Positions 1 through 10,096 of a stretch of 64,000 nucleotides of DNA are shown piece by piece. This DNA is from an uncultured Actinomycetota bacterium (GTDB lineage: Bacteria; Actinomycetota; Actinomycetes; Propionibacteriales; Nocardioidaceae), in assembly GCA_963805345.1 (NCBI GenBank), contig CAWDUA010000012.1:503-64502 (forward strand), written 5' to 3'. A model generated the notes under the pieces. It was not told where the DNA came from and searched no databases. It saw nothing but the letters and a program-made list of their open reading frames with translations. The first letter of the stretch is position 1, and the number at the start of each line of letters is the position of its first letter. The position numbers and the translations under genes are program-made.

Positions 1-181
1 GTAGCGCAGGGTGCCTTCGGGGATCGCGGAGGAAGGTGCAGGCTTCCTGGAGGGTGAGCATCTCGTCGCCGAGGCTCGTCGAAGGGCGCCGGTTGCGGTC
101 GGGGTTGGACTGTGGTGCGGTCATGGTGGTGCTCCTGACTGGTCGATGAGGCCAAGCGGTTCTCGACCTCACCCAGTAGGT

Positions 182-838
182 GTGCAGGCCCCGCCAATCG
201 ATGATCAGCGATATCCTGTGGCCGTGGAGCCGCCAAAGACGGTCATCGAGTTGGCCCGTAGGGCCGCGGGCGCCTCGCAGCAGCAGTTGGCTTTGTGGGC
301 GGGGACCCAGCAGTCGTCGGTCTCGGAGTACGAGTGCCGCCGCAAGTCCCCGACCTTGGAGGTGGTGGAGCGGCTCTTGGAGGCCGCCGACTTCGAGCTC
401 GCGATCAAGCCGATCATCGACTTCGACGTACGGCAGGACCCCGACATCGGCCAGTACCTGGTGCCCGAGCGGCTGTGGTCGGTGCCGATGCCGGACTGCT
501 TCAGCAAGATCCAGGTGCTGGGCTATCTGTTCAAGTCCCGCACACCCCGGGTGTGGGACCTGTCGGTCGAGGCCGAACGCATCGACTACTACGAGTGGGT
601 CATCGTGCGCGGGACTGCCGAGCTGATGCAGGACTCGGTCGACGGGATCCTGTTGATGCAGGTCTGGGAGCGGCTGAACGTCCCGGAGGTGATCCGCGAA
701 ACCTGGCAGCCGATGATCGACGCAGCGACCGCCACTCAGGACATGCAGCCCCGCGACCCGGCCGGGTTCAGCGCCTGGCTCGCTCGCGAGATCGGCGTGG
801 AGTGGCGGCCGGTCCGCCGGCGCAAGCGGCGTCCCTGA
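182..838 (+). CDS. XRE-family HTH protein with conserved C-terminal domain (possibly antitoxin-like)
   Basis: ARRAAGASQQQLALWAGTQQSSVSEYECRRKSPTLEVVERLL is an XRE HTH; GTG at 182 chosen as start within ORF 11..838. Confidence 0.7.
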   Translation: MQAPPIDDQRYPVAVEPPKTVIELARRAAGASQQQLALWAGTQQSSVSEYECRRKSPTLEVVERLLEAADFELAIKPIIDFDVRQDPDIGQYLVPERLWSVPMPDCFSKIQVLGYLFKSRTPRVWDLSVEAERIDYYEWVIVRGTAELMQDSVDGILLMQVWERLNVPEVIRETWQPMIDAATATQDMQPRDPAGFSAWLAREIGVEWRPVRRRKRRP

Positions 839-840
839 CT

Positions 841-3457
841 TCAGATGCCGATCCCGCCGCCGGATGCCGGGATCGGTCGACGCGGCTCCTCCACCGGCCG
901 AGGATGCTTCTGGATGCCGTACCGATCGACAGCCTCGATCGCCTGCCGCTTCGCGTGGGCTGGGCCGAGGTCGGCGCGGTCACGGGCGAAGACCTCGACC
1001 CACTGCTTCCGGGCCTCTTCGATGGACTCGGCCACCAGGTGCGCGGTGTTGCCGTTCCGGCCTCGGGTCATCGCGACGTACGCTGCGGCGGCGCCGGTGG
1101 TGTCTCCGATCGCGACGTGCGCCCGGTCGACGGTCTCGCCTTGGGCCCCGTGGACGGTCGTGGCGTAGGCGAGCTCGACAAACCGGTCGGCGTAGTCCGC
1201 CGGGAGCACCCGGTCACGTCCCCGTCCCCGGAGGGTGAGGCTGCTGTCGTCGCCGACTCTGGTGACGGTCCAGGTCTGCCGGTTCGCGACCCGAGGTCGG
1301 GGTCGTTGCGGCGGGTGGCGACGCGGTCCCCGAGCCCGATCAGTTCGCCTCGAGCGAGTCACCACGACGGGTATGCGTCGCCGGCTCTCTCGACTGGGGT
1401 CGGCTGCGACGCTGGTCGCGGATTGCGGCGTTGAGGTGGGCGACCTGCTCGCGGGTGTCGGCGACGACGAGGTCTCCGCTGGCACCGACCTGGGCGAGTG
1501 CGACTGTCACGCTCGATGTCGCTGGGGTGGATGACGACCTGGCCGCGATGTTGGAGCGAGTCGAAGACCGCGGCGGGGTCCTCGCCGGTGCGCATCTTCA
1601 GGCTGAGTGCGGCGTAGGCGGGGTCAGTGAACCGATGCACCGTCTCCAGGCTCAACACGGCCGTTGGGTGCGCCCACGCGACCGCGTGGTCGAGGACTCC
1701 GCCGCGGCCCACGGCGGGGAGCTGGTGTCGGTCGCCGACCAGCGCGATCCGTGCGCCGGTCTCGTCGGCGATGGTGAGCAGGGCGCGGGCGGTGTCCTGG
1801 TCGAGCATCCCCGCCTCGTCGACCAGCAGCAGGTCACCGCCCCGGAGCCGGGCGCCGGGACCGGGAGCGGGGACTGGCTGCCGGGTCCAGTGGCCGTCGG
1901 CGTCCCACCGCCAGCCGTGCTGATAGATCAGCCACGCGGCGGAGTGCCCGTCCGCGCCGGTCTCGCCGGCGGCGACCTCGGCAGCCTTCAACGTCGGGGT
2001 CACGACCATCAGCCGATGGCCCCGCTGGGTCAGCAGTTGTTGGACCGACCGCAGGGCGGTGGTCTTCCCGGCACCCGCGGCGCCTTCGACCACCATGAAG
2101 CGCCCGTCGCCGGCCAGGGCGCCGACCATGGCGGCTTGGGTCGGGTCGATCCGGACAAGGCCGCGCCCACCGATGCGTACCTTGCGGGCTGGTTGAGCTG
2201 CGCGTCGCGCGATCCGGGCGATGAGGTCGACCTCGACGTCGAGCACGTGCGGCGAGCTCAGGGACCGGACATGCTCGGGCACATCGGGCGAGGTGAGCAG
2301 CCGGGTGCACCGGTCGGCTGCTCGGGCGGTGATGTCCTCGGCGAGCTCGGCCCGGGCGGCGGTATCGGCGAGCAGGCAGGTCTGGGCGAGGAGGACCTCG
2401 GTCTTCCCACGGATGTCGGCGGTGTTCCACGCCGACCGCTTCGCACCCAGGATGGACACAACCAGCTCGGCTGCTGCTTCCCGGTCGATCCAACCCGGCC
2501 GCGTCCCCGCCAGCGCCACGGCGCCTGTCGGGTCGCGGTAGCCGAGCTCGCGCAGCTCGTCGTTCCAGCGGGCCACGAGCTCGCGCCGTCGGTCGGGACG
2601 ACCTTGTCGGGACGTGCTTGGGCCCACGCACGCCGGTCCCACCCCTGCCGTAGCCGCGGCCCGGGCTCATCGCCGGGATGCTCGGCCCGCCAGGCGGCCT
2701 CGTAGCGGTCGACGTTGCGGCGGATCTGCGCGGTCCGGGCACTGAACGCACCCACGTAGGGGGCCAGCTCGCGGATCTCGCTGGACTCCGGGTCCAGCGT
2801 CATCCCGTGCGCTGCGAGCACCGCACGGAACTCCGGGTCGGTCGCGACCGCGGCGTGGCCGATCCCGTTGATCGCCTCGATTGAGTCCCGCACCCCGACC
2901 GAGTGCAGGCCGCGCCACCCGCCGGCCGCCCAGACCCGGGCGTTGATCTGGAGGTGCAGGTGCCGGTGCGGGTCCCCGGCTCGGGAGGTGTAGTGCCGGA
3001 TCACCGCGGCCTCGACCTGCTCGACCGGGACCTGGACCTGTCGCCCGCGGGGCCCTACTCGGGTTGTCGCGTGCTGGGCGACCCAGCCGACGATCTCGGC
3101 GGCGGCCTTGTCCTGAGCTTCATCCAGCGCGGCCGAGATCTCCGGATGCAGCGCCGCGGCCAGCGACCAGGTCTTCGGTCCGTTGACGACCACCTCGACG
3201 AACCGCAACGCGTTTGCGTCGTCGCGGACCCGACCCTTCTTCAGGCCGGTGTCGACGTCGGTGCCGGCGACCCACTGCTCGTAGGTCTCCCCGTCCATCG
3301 GCCCCGCCCGCGCGACACCGTTAGGAGTAGCGGTCAGTCTGGCCGCGACGCCGGCGCCCTCGGCCAGGTAGTAGTCGTCGGCACGCGAGCGGTCCCGCTC
3401 GACGTAAGCACGGGCAGCCTTCGCTGCACCGCGGTAGAACTTCACCCCACCATGCAT
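841..3457 (-). pseudogene. MobF (TrwC/TraI-like) relaxase-helicase, split by several frameshifts
   Basis: N-terminal MHGGVKFYRG..RADDYY and HYTSRAGDPHRHLHLQ (HUH) in ORF 2258..3481. Walker A GAAGAGKTT, LLLVDEAGM and LVGDRHQL in ORF 1359..2642. LAYATTVHGAQGETVD in ORF 841..1485. Confidence 0.9.
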
Positions 3458-3541
3458 GTCAGCCCCCGAGCACCCGCACACCTCGAATCAGCCGGTCCAC
3501 GACGTCCGTCGACAACCAACGGACCCCTAGAAATCACCGCG

Positions 3542-3567
3542 TGGGCCGCCCCAGGAGGGGCGGCCCA
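3542..3567. other. Perfect 11-bp hairpin upstream of the relaxase; candidate oriT element
   Basis: TGGGCCGCCCC-AGGA-GGGGCGGCCCA, 85 bp upstream of the relaxase ATG. Confidence 0.4.
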
Positions 3568-3751
3568 TCTACGGACCTTCGTAGCATGCGTGCCGGAAGG
3601 TATGGAAGGCGAGAAGTGGTAGATCGGAGCCTGATCTGGAGAGGATTCTGGTGACCGTGGAGGGTCAACGATTGCCGGTGGAGGCGGGCTAGGAGCACGG
3701 GCGATGTGGGTGAAGGGCGCGCGACGTGATGGAGCCTCAGAGGAGGGGAAC

Positions 3752-4225
3752 GTGCTGGACCTGAACCGGGTCGACATCGAGGTCATCGCAACGGCGTTGG
3801 CCGACCAGGCCGACGGCGAGCACCAATGGCTGATCGACCCCACCACCGGAGAACTGGTGATCTGGACCAGTGACACCGGCATCGACGGTCACAACCCCGT
3901 CGAGCTCGACGACTTGGACCCCCACCTCATCGCGATCGACCCCATCCCCTCCTACATCTGGTACCAGGACATGGTCGACTTCGCCGACCGGCTCAGCGAC
4001 CGAGCGATGGGTGGGCGCCTGTCCCGGACCCTGGAGGGGCGAGGGGCATTCGGTCGATTCAAGAACCAGATCTACCAACATCCCGAGCTCATCGAGCCCT
4101 GGCACACCATGCGCGACACCCGCGCCCGACTCCGAGCCGTCCGCTGGCTCCTCGACCAAGAACTCATCACCCCTCAAGCGGCAGAGGAGTACGACGACAA
4201 CCACCCCGACCCACAGCTCCCATGA
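3752..4225 (+). CDS. UPF0158 family protein
   Basis: WLIDPTTGEL, YQDMVDFA, GRGAFGRFKNQI, RAVRWL pattern; RBS GAGGAGG before GTG 3752. Confidence 0.8.
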   Translation: MLDLNRVDIEVIATALADQADGEHQWLIDPTTGELVIWTSDTGIDGHNPVELDDLDPHLIAIDPIPSYIWYQDMVDFADRLSDRAMGGRLSRTLEGRGAFGRFKNQIYQHPELIEPWHTMRDTRARLRAVRWLLDQELITPQAAEEYDDNHPDPQLP

Positions 4226-4280
4226 ACTCCAGCACACACCACGCGAGGCGATCCGCCGGCACGTGATCGGACGCCCCGAG

Positions 4281-4340
4281 AGCAACGTCCCGAGAAGTTC
4301 GAGCCAGCTTCCGAAGCACTCTCATGCCGATGAGCGGAAG
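4281..4340 (-). repeat. Island spacer site R1 (reverse orientation)
   Basis: Reverse complement reads CCGCTCATCGGCATGAGAG...GGACGTT; 18/19 identical to the left arm of R4. Confidence 0.75.
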
Positions 4341-4352
4341 GCACGGCACTAG

Positions 4353-5042
4353 GTGGAGACTGCTCCGGTGACGGAGCAGCGTCTTCTGGCGGCAATCGCC
4401 GCGAGCCGCCGCTGGTACGACGACATCTTCGACCTGCATGGGATCGCAGTCGGATCCGACGGGGCTCTTTGGTGGGCCGAGGGCTCACCGCCGCGCTGGC
4501 ACTCGGCCGTGAAGACGTTGGTCCCGACGACAGATTCCGCGGGAGCGCTGCTGCGGATGGAGCGGCACCCGCACGGGACGATCGCGGACTCGTTCGGTCT
4601 CCTCGACCTGGCCGCGCAAGGGTTCGACCTGCTGTTCGCCGCGACGTGGCTCCACCACCGTGGCGTCGCAGCGGCCGCTCCAACGCTGGGCTGGAGTCGC
4701 GTCCTCGACTCCGATCTGATGGCTCGGTGGAACCAGCGCCACGACACGGTGGGCGCGTTGCCGTCAGACCTGTGGGCGCACCCTCGTTTTACGGTCCTGG
4801 CCCGCCACGACGGCGATGACCTCACGGGCGGGGCTATCCTGCACGACGCTGGGACCGTCGTAGGACTCTCCAACACTTGGTCGTCCGAGGGCGATCCGGT
4901 CGATCCGCGCGTGCTGCTCGACATCGCGGCGGAGACCCACCCCGGTCGAGCCGTCGTCGACTACGCCTGGGGTCCGGACCTCGAGACCATGCTCGGCGCA
5001 GGGTTCGAGCCGCTAGGTCCGCAGCACGTTTGGATCCGGTAG
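4353..5042 (+). CDS. Hypothetical protein
   Basis: 229-aa ORF with protein-like composition; no family recognised. Confidence 0.7.
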   Translation: METAPVTEQRLLAAIAASRRWYDDIFDLHGIAVGSDGALWWAEGSPPRWHSAVKTLVPTTDSAGALLRMERHPHGTIADSFGLLDLAAQGFDLLFAATWLHHRGVAAAAPTLGWSRVLDSDLMARWNQRHDTVGALPSDLWAHPRFTVLARHDGDDLTGGAILHDAGTVVGLSNTWSSEGDPVDPRVLLDIAAETHPGRAVVDYAWGPDLETMLGAGFEPLGPQHVWIR

Positions 5043-5110
5043 CGGCGAGGTCCTAAGGGCGAAGCCGACTCTAATGCGCCTCAGCAAGGCAGTGCTTCGG
5101 GGCGGCACGC

Positions 5111-6250
5111 TCACTGGGCGGGGTTGTCGTCGGCGATCGCTTTGGTGAGGATCATGTCGCCGAAGTCGTGGCGAGCCTGTGCAACGAAGTCCGGCATGCC
5201 TTCCCGGCCGATTCTCATAGCCCATTCACGGTTGCTCGTGAAGCCGTACCAAAGGTGGAGATCTTGGGCAGTGACCAGCCATCGATGGTCCGTGATCCTC
5301 TCCACGTTCCAGTTGGACAGGTCCCGGGCGTGCTCGAGGTGTTGATCTGTGAGGAGCTGGATGCCGTAGGCGTCGTGGACACGAGATGACCACAGGTGTC
5401 GGTTCCAAACCCAGAGCGAACCGCCACCCGGAATGTTAGTGGTGGTGACCGGGCCAAGCGTCAGCACCGGGAGGATCATGGCGACCTCTATCTGTTCTGC
5501 TTCGGCTCGGATCACGTCCCTGAGATTCATGGCCTGGTTCATGACGCCTGGGCCGGCGTTGTCGTCGATCTCGGTATAGGTCACGGTTCCGAACCCGCTG
5601 GCTCCGATGGTGCGGGCAGTCCCCAACTCTTCGTCGCGGAACGTGAGTCCGACGTAGTGCTGTTCAGCCTCGAGCCGTAGGCGGACCAGCTCCGCGCCGT
5701 CCTCGGCCGAGGCCGGGATGATGGGTCCCCCGCCACCGGTTTGCCCCACGGGACCGCCCTGGCTGACCCAGCTGGTGGCGATATCGAGGAGCCGTTCGGT
5801 ATCTGTTCGGGAGACACCCCACTGGTTAATGGCGATGCCGTAAGGGTTGCGTGGAATCTCGGAGAACGGCATCTCCATTGGGTAGGCCATCATCGCGGTC
5901 AGCGAGCGCATGGTGAGGGTGTTGCCCGTCCACAGCTCCCGTGCCGGTGGCGCTGTGACGACGGCTGCTTGGCGGAGTTCGGTGAGCCCGTCGACCAACT
6001 GATCGACGAGAACCGGCCACGAGCGGCCCTCGGAGATGAAGACGTAGGTGCCGATCGTGGTCGGGTAAACGAAGTCGACCTCGGCGTGGTCGTTCAACAC
6101 TGCGGAGACCAAATCGGCGGCCCGGTGTCGCTCCAGCCCGGGAACCTCGACGATGAGGTCCACACAGGGGCTCTCCCACATACGCCGCATGTAGGCACGG
6201 TGAGACTCGATCAGGGATCGATGCACCGTCACGACATCGGGCTCCGCCAA
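5111..6250 (-). CDS. Hypothetical protein
   Basis: 379-aa ORF with globular-protein composition; start overlaps the end of the upstream ORF. Confidence 0.7.
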   Translation of the reverse strand: MAEPDVVTVHRSLIESHRAYMRRMWESPCVDLIVEVPGLERHRAADLVSAVLNDHAEVDFVYPTTIGTYVFISEGRSWPVLVDQLVDGLTELRQAAVVTAPPARELWTGNTLTMRSLTAMMAYPMEMPFSEIPRNPYGIAINQWGVSRTDTERLLDIATSWVSQGGPVGQTGGGGPIIPASAEDGAELVRLRLEAEQHYVGLTFRDEELGTARTIGASGFGTVTYTEIDDNAGPGVMNQAMNLRDVIRAEAEQIEVAMILPVLTLGPVTTTNIPGGGSLWVWNRHLWSSRVHDAYGIQLLTDQHLEHARDLSNWNVERITDHRWLVTAQDLHLWYGFTSNREWAMRIGREGMPDFVAQARHDFGDMILTKAIADDNPAQ

Positions 6251-6849
6251 AGATTCAGCCGGCCGCGGCGACGGTGGCGACGTGGGGGACGGGGGACGGG
6301 GGGACGGGGGGGACGGGGGGACGGGGGGGACGGGGCTGTCTGGGGCTCGTCAGGCTGCTCGTCGTCCAACCACAGCGAGAAGGTGCGGTGCACCCACTCG
6401 TCGTCGGCGAGTTTCTCGCTGGCGCCCGGGAGGTCCATCTCTTCGTGATGAGCCATGAAGCACTTCATCAGCGGTCCATCTGCGGGGCGATTGGTGTAGT
6501 GCACGACCAGCATGTTCAGGTCGTTGACGTCGCCCTTCGACCTGGGCCGTGTCGAGATCGCCTTGTGGAAGAGGTCCAGGTTCACCACATCGTCGGTGTA
6601 GGGCGACACCCTGATCCAATCGTTGTCGCCCCTGGTCGAGTGATGCACGGCCCGGAAGGGTCGATCCCGATCCGCAGTCGGGCCGATCAAGATCACATGA
6701 TGTTCGATCGTCCGCTGGGTGGGCGACGCGTCCGGCTGGGTGCTCGGATACATCACGGCTAGGAACAGGGCATCGGTCAGCCAGTCAAGGCCATCCATGC
6801 GACGCGCAAAGTCTCTGGCAAACGCGCTCAACTCGGGGGTCTGCACCAC
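6229..6849 (-). CDS. Hypothetical protein with Pro-rich repeat tail
   Basis: ORF 6229..6909 with likely GTG start at 6849; C-terminus crosses the G-run repeat. Confidence 0.6.
   Translation of the reverse strand: MVQTPELSAFARDFARRMDGLDWLTDALFLAVMYPSTQPDASPTQRTIEHHVILIGPTADRDRPFRAVHHSTRGDNDWIRVSPYTDDVVNLDLFHKAISTRPRSKGDVNDLNMLVVHYTNRPADGPLMKCFMAHHEEMDLPGASEKLADDEWVHRTFSLWLDDEQPDEPQTAPSPPSPRPPRPPVPRPPRRHRRRGRLNLWRSPMS
6284..6335. repeat. Irregular tandem (G5-7)AC repeat
   Basis: G-run lengths 5,5,6,7,6,7,4 separated by AC. Confidence 0.95.
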
Positions 6850-6953
6850 CGGAGGATCCTCACACGCCGGGCAGCCGCGGCGGCGACGATTGCGTGAGAC
6901 TGGGGCCACCTGCGGGTGGTTGAGCCTCTATGGACTTGACCCTCGACTGACAA

Positions 6954-7010
6954 CCGCTCACGACATGAAGCGTCCTCAGCCGAGCGCGGACAGCGGCATG
7001 TGCGGACGTC
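6954..7010 (+). repeat. Island spacer site R2
   Basis: CCGCTCA...GAGCGCGGACAGCGGCATGTGCGGACGTC. Confidence 0.85.
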
Positions 7011-7058
7011 TGAATGTGGCTCGCACCGGCGTGGGGAAGCAGCCAGACTGTGGCGGTG

Positions 7059-7322
7059 ATGGTGATCCGGTTCATGGGTGAGCACACCGTCGACGTTCCG
7101 CTCTGGGACGACGAGGGGCTCATGTTCGCTACGCCCGAGGAGGCGCTGGAGGCACTTGGCCCGGTCGGGCTGAGCGATGGGTTGGTCTCGGAGATGGTGA
7201 CGTGGGCTCAGGATTGGCAGACCCGCTCGGGCAAGCCCGATCACGATGCCGAGGCTGCGCGTTTGGTCCGCCGCCTGAAGGGCGAGCTGGGCCACGGGGT
7301 CGGCGTCGTCTACCAGCTCTGA
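7059..7322 (+). CDS. Small hypothetical protein
   Basis: MVIRFMGEHTVDVPLWD...; sits between R2 and R3. Confidence 0.7.
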   Translation: MVIRFMGEHTVDVPLWDDEGLMFATPEEALEALGPVGLSDGLVSEMVTWAQDWQTRSGKPDHDAEAARLVRRLKGELGHGVGVVYQL

Positions 7323-7326
7323 GGGA

Positions 7327-7370
7327 ACCGCCGGGCTCGGCACGAGCGGGAGCGCGGACAGCGGCATGGA
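7327..7370 (+). repeat. Island spacer site R3
   Basis: GAGCGCGGACAGCGGCATG (7350-7368) is a 19-bp exact match to R2; left part CTCGGCACGAGC. Confidence 0.85.
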
Positions 7371-7462
7371 GTGCGCTGCGCGGATGCTGCGCGGCAACCA
7401 ATAGGTGCGTGGTCGGTCATAGTTGTGACTTCATCGGCGGCGCGCAGCGGAAGGTGGGTGGC

Positions 7463-8581
7463 GTGTTCATTCGGAACGCGGTTGTCGCTGCTTGCCTAGT
7501 CCTGGTCTGTGGCTGTGACTCGTCGCCCGAATCGGCTAGCTCCGCTCCAAGGAACGCCCCCAACGCGAACGGCGAGAGCCACCCGATCCATCCCAACGTT
7601 CCGGTCTCGGCGCCCGAGGTACAGCGGTTGCCTGGCCGCTGGAGTTCCGTGCCCTGGCAAGGGACACCCACAGCCATTCACGCCCCTCGCCCAGACACGG
7701 TGCTGCCGATGGTCCTCGGCCGCCCGGGTCCCCCCGCAAGCCTCGCCTACCACCCCCTGGAACGCCTGACAGATCCTGTGGGCTGGGCCGGCGAGCGGAT
7801 CATCTTCCTGGGACGCGATGGGCGTTGGCGTGAACTCAACCTGGGCGACCTCGGTCTGCCAGAGGCGTGGTGGCCGGGTGCCGACACGTTCGGGGCAGGA
7901 AGCCTGTCGGACGATGGCCGCATGTGGGTGGCGCACACGAACGCTGGTGTCGTGTTCGTCAACCTCACCACCGGCACACACCGTCACGTTGCATTCCCGC
8001 GCACGAGCCCGGTGGTGCGTGCGGTGACGTTCATCCCCGGCAGGGATGTGGTGTCGGCCTACGCCCGCCTGCCCGAAGGCTTGCGGTACTCGACCTTCCA
8101 CGTCTGGCCCGGAGGGAGACTGACCCGGGTGTCATACGACGGGAGGCGAACGCGTTTCGACGTGGATGGGACCCCGGTCGAGGTCAGCTCGAAAGGTCGC
8201 ACGCTGATCCTGACGAGGAGTGTCCCAGGCGGGCACACCATCACGAGATGGCGTGCGCCGCGTGGTGTCGTTGGAACGCCCTACGGAGTGTTCGGAGAGG
8301 ACCAGGTCGCCATCCAACCCACCCTCTCCGACGACCGCTCCATGATCGTCTGGGTCTTCGAGAAGCACTCGGGGCAGATTCAGGCACGGCTGCGCATCCC
8401 ACCCGGGACAACCATCGAACGCTGGACTGATAGGGGACGGCTCACTCTGTATCTCAACAGCCGACGATTGGTCACCTGGGACCCACAATCCGGACGAGTT
8501 AGGCGACTCCTTGAAGTGCCCGGCCCCTACCCAGGGCGCCTCGAGTCGGCAGCAAGCACCGTCTCGTTGGCCAGGTCATAA
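7463..8581 (+). CDS. Putative lipoprotein, beta-propeller-like
   Basis: Signal peptide with lipobox-like LVCGC; beta-rich repeats (GSLSDDGRMWVAH, LVTWDP). Confidence 0.7.
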   Translation: MFIRNAVVAACLVLVCGCDSSPESASSAPRNAPNANGESHPIHPNVPVSAPEVQRLPGRWSSVPWQGTPTAIHAPRPDTVLPMVLGRPGPPASLAYHPLERLTDPVGWAGERIIFLGRDGRWRELNLGDLGLPEAWWPGADTFGAGSLSDDGRMWVAHTNAGVVFVNLTTGTHRHVAFPRTSPVVRAVTFIPGRDVVSAYARLPEGLRYSTFHVWPGGRLTRVSYDGRRTRFDVDGTPVEVSSKGRTLILTRSVPGGHTITRWRAPRGVVGTPYGVFGEDQVAIQPTLSDDRSMIVWVFEKHSGQIQARLRIPPGTTIERWTDRGRLTLYLNSRRLVTWDPQSGRVRRLLEVPGPYPGRLESAASTVSLARS

Positions 8582-8605
8582 GTCCCCGGGAACGTCGAAT
8601 GCGAC

Positions 8606-8650
8606 ATCCGCTCATCGGCATGAGCGCGCCCTCACAGCGGTATGAGCGGA
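8606..8650 (+). repeat. Island spacer site R4
   Basis: TCCGCTCATCGGCATGAGCGCGCCCTCACAGCGGTATGAGCGGA; perfect outer inverted repeat TCCGCTCAT/ATGAGCGGA. Confidence 0.85.
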
Positions 8651-8681
8651 CGATTCGCAATGTCGGGAGTAGCCTTTCGAT

Positions 8682-8870
8682 ATGTTCATCCTTCGCAGGA
8701 AGCAGGTCGCTGCACCCTCGAAGGAACAGGCGCTGGCAGACGCGCGGAAGGCGACCGGCCGGCTCCGCCGAACCTTCGCCAAAACCCGGCGCTACCAAAG
8801 CGGGAAGCAGGAGAACCCGGCTGATCAGATCAGCCCCAACACGTACCTCGGCGGCGGTGGCGTCGGCTAG
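8682..8870 (+). CDS. Putative 62-aa small protein
   Basis: ATG start with GGGAG upstream; fills the R4-R5 interval. Confidence 0.4.
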   Translation: MFILRRKQVAAPSKEQALADARKATGRLRRTFAKTRRYQSGKQENPADQISPNTYLGGGGVG

Positions 8871-8907
8871 GTCCGCTTCGCCAAGTGGGAGTTCCGACCA
8901 GGGCCAA

Positions 8908-8947
8908 CCATCGTCGGCGGGTTGCGCTCACAGCGGCATAGGACGTT
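8908..8947 (+). repeat. Island spacer site R5
   Basis: CATCGTCGGCGGGTTGCGCTCACAGCGGCATAGGACGTT. Confidence 0.75.
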
Positions 8948-9038
8948 GAACCGAGGGCGTCGCGTGGAACGCGAGGGCAGCCGTTCCCTTTGGTGTATCG
9001 TTTCTCGATAACATCGAATAACGATACAGCGAGGCGAC

Positions 9039-9737
9039 ATGACGGTAGCAAGCATCTCCCGTGGAAGCACTCGACTCGTTGCCACGGAGGTAGCGATCCT
9101 CGTCGGGCTGCTCGTGAGTCTGGGCGCAGGACTGTCGATCCTCCTCGGGCCGAACGGTGTGCGGGTACTCAACTTCGAGCCGCAGTGGCCCGTGGTGGGT
9201 GCAAGCCAGAGCGAGATGTCGCTACAGACCAAGTTGTCAGCTGACGCTGGGGTGTCGGTGCAGAACGCTCCCACATGGCGGGACACCGACACGGGCACGA
9301 TTGATGCACGGACCGGTGGCAGACCCGTGGAGGTGACGGGGCCCTACTTCGGGTCGGTGGGCTTCCCGGACCCCTCAGTGAAACAACGGGTGTTGTGGGT
9401 GTCGTGGCGTGCATCGATCCCTCTGCTTGCAGCGGCGGTCCTGTGGCTCGTTCTGCTCATCGTGCGCTCGGTGCGAGACGCAGACCCGTTCACAGCAACA
9501 AATGCGCGCCGACTCCGGGTGCTGGCGGCGCTGGTGGGTGTAGGCGGCACACTCATCTCGGTGTGGGGGACGGTGCTGCGCCGATGGCTCCTCGATTCCT
9601 CGGGCGCTTCGGACATCGTGGTCCGTGACTGGTCGTTCACGTGGCTGCCGCTGCTCGTTGGACTGGTGATCGCTGTCCTGGCGCAAGTCTGGAGCCACGG
9701 CGTCGACATGAGGAACGACCTCGAGGACGTGGTCTAG
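9039..9737 (+). CDS. DUF2975 family membrane protein
   Basis: DPFTATNARRLRVLA and AQVWSHGVDMRNDLEDVV; followed by the typical HTH partner. Confidence 0.85.
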   Translation: MTVASISRGSTRLVATEVAILVGLLVSLGAGLSILLGPNGVRVLNFEPQWPVVGASQSEMSLQTKLSADAGVSVQNAPTWRDTDTGTIDARTGGRPVEVTGPYFGSVGFPDPSVKQRVLWVSWRASIPLLAAAVLWLVLLIVRSVRDADPFTATNARRLRVLAALVGVGGTLISVWGTVLRRWLLDSSGASDIVVRDWSFTWLPLLVGLVIAVLAQVWSHGVDMRNDLEDVV

Positions 9738-9739
9738 CG

Positions 9740-9961
9740 GTGCCCGTCGAGGAACCACATCACATCGTGTGTCATCTCGATGACCTCTTGGAGACCCACG
9801 ACATGACGCTCACCGAACTTGCCCGCAGGGTGGACGTGACACTCGCAAACTTGTCGAAACTCAAAAACAACCGAGCGAAGGCCGTGCGCTTCTCAACCCT
9901 CACCGCCCTATGCCGCGAACTGCAATGTCAACCCGGAGACCTCTTCACCCTCGCCGACTGA
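9740..9961 (+). CDS. XRE/HTH_26 transcriptional regulator
   Basis: LTELARRVDVTLANLSKLKNNRAKAVRFSTLTALCRELQCQPGDL. Confidence 0.9.
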   Translation: MPVEEPHHIVCHLDDLLETHDMTLTELARRVDVTLANLSKLKNNRAKAVRFSTLTALCRELQCQPGDLFTLAD

Positions 9962-9984
9962 TCCACAGGTCAACGTGTCACACG

Positions 9985-10026
9985 CCCGCTCATCGGCAGA
10001 TCCGCGCGGACAGCGGCATGTGCGGA
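9985..10026 (+). repeat. Island spacer site R6
   Basis: CCCGCTCATCGGCAGATCCGCGCGGACAGCGGCATGTGCGGA. Confidence 0.9.
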
Positions 10027-10096
10027 GGTTGGTCGGGGCCTTTCGGGTTCGGCTGTCGGCTGCTTGGAATGTTGTGAAGCCCGAGGTCAGCCAGGC

